Source: Sphaerodactylus townsendi
Taxonomy: Eukaryota
NCBI RefSeq assembly: GCF_021028975.2
Contig: NC_059427.1
Span: 52,824,001 to 52,888,000, forward strand
Direction: 5' to 3'
DNA: 64,000 nt
The notes beneath the pieces were generated by a model. The model ran no database searches. It was not told the DNA's origin and saw nothing but the letters and a program-made list of their open reading frames with translations. Of the stretch, positions 61,801-64,000 are shown piece after piece (the first letter of the stretch is position 1; each line of letters begins with the position of its first letter). A program made the position numbers and the translations under genes.

Positions 61801-64000
61801 GGCGTTAGGTTTTCTTCCCAATTCATGTGTTCACCGCCAGGGAGGGTCAGTGAATTCTAGGATCCTTTCTTTCCAAATGAATTTTTGGTTCATGTAACAA
61901 TAACCAAAGGCATGCCCAAAACTATGGAGTGTTTGGCCACTACAATGCAGAAACTAATTTTCTCCCCAATGGTGGTACTAGCGGAGGAGAACGGCTGTGT
62001 TTGAACTGGGCGGTCCTTACGTTTCGAGGGCTGCCGTCCATTTGGAGTGAATGGTATGGGCTTAGCCAGGAATTAGGTCCAGACCTAGCTCCTCTGCCAC
62101 CTGGGGCGCATTAAGCAGTGGGAGCAGCGGCGGAATCCACAAGGGCCGAGGCTATAATCTGAGTGTGTGTTTAAGCGGGGTTGGCCAGAAATGCTTGAAC
62201 AGTAATGGGGCGCTGCCTTCACTCACAGCGTCAGGAGTAGGGCCCATGTCCATGGGGGCTGGAAGAAAGGCAAACAGCTGCTTCCCCTCCTCTGGGTGTG
62301 CCGGTCACGCTTTGGGCGAGCCAGTGGGGAGGCTGACCCGACCTGCGTGGTGGTTTGGCAGGCCAGTCTTGGCGGAGCTGGGCGGTTGGTTTTGCTTCTT
62401 GGGACAGTTGGCGGCTAGATGACCTGGCCCTCGCGGTAAAGACACAACCCAAATTCGGCGGCAGCGTTCAGAGAATGGTTTCGGTAGGGCTGGCTGGAAG
62501 AGCGACTTGGTGGACACAGTAGTGGCTTTAGAGGCGTGGCCTCCTTGGCAGCGTATTCCAAGCGAGATGCCACTTGAGACCCCAACTGGATCAATCTGCA
62601 ATGAGTACGAGGAACCCGAATTAAAACACCGTTTCCGTAGCTTGCTGTCCACAGCATCCGAGAAGTATTAGCATTTCATGCGTTCAGGCCGCACTCAGGA
62701 GGAAGTCGAGCAGCAGCCCGCCTGCGAAATTCCTGGACAAATTCTGCAAACGGTAGGTTGCCTTGCTGGATAGTTTTGATGGTGCGGATAGCTTCATTCC
62801 GACCTGGATCTTGGTAGCTCTTAAAAGCTTGGAGGAGCGGCGGGCACTGTGCGAGAGTCCTCATCCTGCAAATCAAAACAGTCACGAACCAGTCGACTGC
62901 TGCCCCATCCAGGACTGAGCCGATGTCCATTATTTTAAGCGTTCAGACCCGGTATAGATCATCATAGTCTTCCAAGTGGGCATTGAGTTGCAAGATGAAG
63001 TAGGGAAGTTTGGAAGGCGGTCCCATCAAAAGCGGGCTGGTATCGGGGGGGGCGATAGTAGCCCGTTGGATGGCTCTTAGCGCTTGCAGCTGGGGAAGGT
63101 GGTTTAAGCTGGTTGAGCAGGCTGGGCAGGCAGCTGTTATGCGAGGGCGAATCGAGCGCTGGCGGTGCAGCTGGCGTTTGGGTGGCAGGACCTAGATGCG
63201 TGGCCCCTGGCACCGGCATGATCAGTAACAGCATAGGCTCCAACTTGGGGCCCCCTGGTCCTGCTGCCTCATAGTTCCCTCTCCAACGCATGACCAGCTC
63301 CCTCTCCTTGCGAGTCAATGCATCTTGAGTCTTTATGCAAAGCAGCTTTTCGTTCTAATTTAACCAGTTCGTCCCGTTTAAGGGCTTCAGTGATTCACTT
63401 TGCGTCGCGAAGCCTGGGCGGCTTCGGCGTTGTCGTTGTAAATCCAGTCTGGACTGTTCCAGGACTTTATCATGGACTGACAGATTCTGGGCATATTATT
63501 CGTTGGAAGTAGCGTCTTTTGTACCCGGTCCAACTTCGAGTTGGACTTCTTTTAGCGTTGCTGTTCCCGGTCCCTCTGCCGGGTTTCGCTCTTGCTGCAA
63601 CTGTGCCCGTTCCTCCTCCCATAGCTGGCGTTCCACGCGGTTCCATGCGCTTGGGCTTCTGCTGATCGCCCACTTCCTCATCCCAGTCCTCTCGATGGGA
63701 GAGCGATCCGGCTGGGAATGCAGGCTTTCCTCTGACTCTTCGTGCGTCAGGAAGCGAGGCATTAGAAGGCACCGGTAACCACCGTAGCCACCGGTGGCCC
63801 CTCGGTACACCTCAGGTGCGGTGCGTCGGACGGGATCAGGGGTCGATTGGGAAGCGATGCGGATACCCTCCCAATTCCAGGTTGAGTCCGGTGTCCTTTG
63901 GGCCGGGCCCCAGTGCTGTGCCGCGGTGGTTCCTTGGGAGCATCACCAAAATCTGAGTCCAGGAAGCGTTCAATGGATTCCTGGGTTTGCAGCATGAAAG
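58563..64000 (-). mobile_element. Ty3/Gypsy chromovirus-type LTR retrotransposon (5' end beyond window), frameshifted
   Basis: Order on minus strand: gag with zinc-knuckle remnant (GHLAANCPKK), protease (ALVDS), RT (NKYPLPLIKDLLD; VYLDD at 61167-61181), RNase H (WTVGDKETAAIK), integrase (GHFGFLKT, VVVDLFSKQAHFIPC, ERTNRTLEQYLRCY), GPF motif, IHPVFHSSLLK, chromodomain remnant ILDSR, purine tract, 3' LTR. Confidence 0.95.

Overview
Vertebrate genomic DNA, most likely a squamate: the Squam3-type SINEs with CTT tails and the hAT/Harbinger MITEs point to a gecko. Two multi-exon genes face away from each other. (1) UQCRC1 (cytochrome bc1 core protein 1) on the minus strand: exons 3-13 at 20656 to 7091, 410 aa plus stop, all GT-AG, with a polyA signal at 6923-6928. 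(2) An SLC26A6-like anion exchanger on the plus strand: ATG at 35382, 18 coding exons to 57921 (705 codons), with the last STAS exons beyond the window. I could not find UQCRC1 exons 1-2 or a CpG-island promoter anywhere in 20657-64000. The simplest reading is that the whole SLC26A6-like gene is nested antisense inside a >43 kb UQCRC1 intron 2. A chromodomain-type Ty3/Gypsy element (minus strand, 58563 to the window end) sits in the last visible SLC26A6-like intron. Also present: a candidate H/ACA RNA in UQCRC1 intron 3, two solo LTRs with TSDs, an RTE-X-like LINE, Penelope/CR1/L2 fragments, tRNA- and 5S-derived SINEs, and many MITEs, one carrying a consensus CTCF site.
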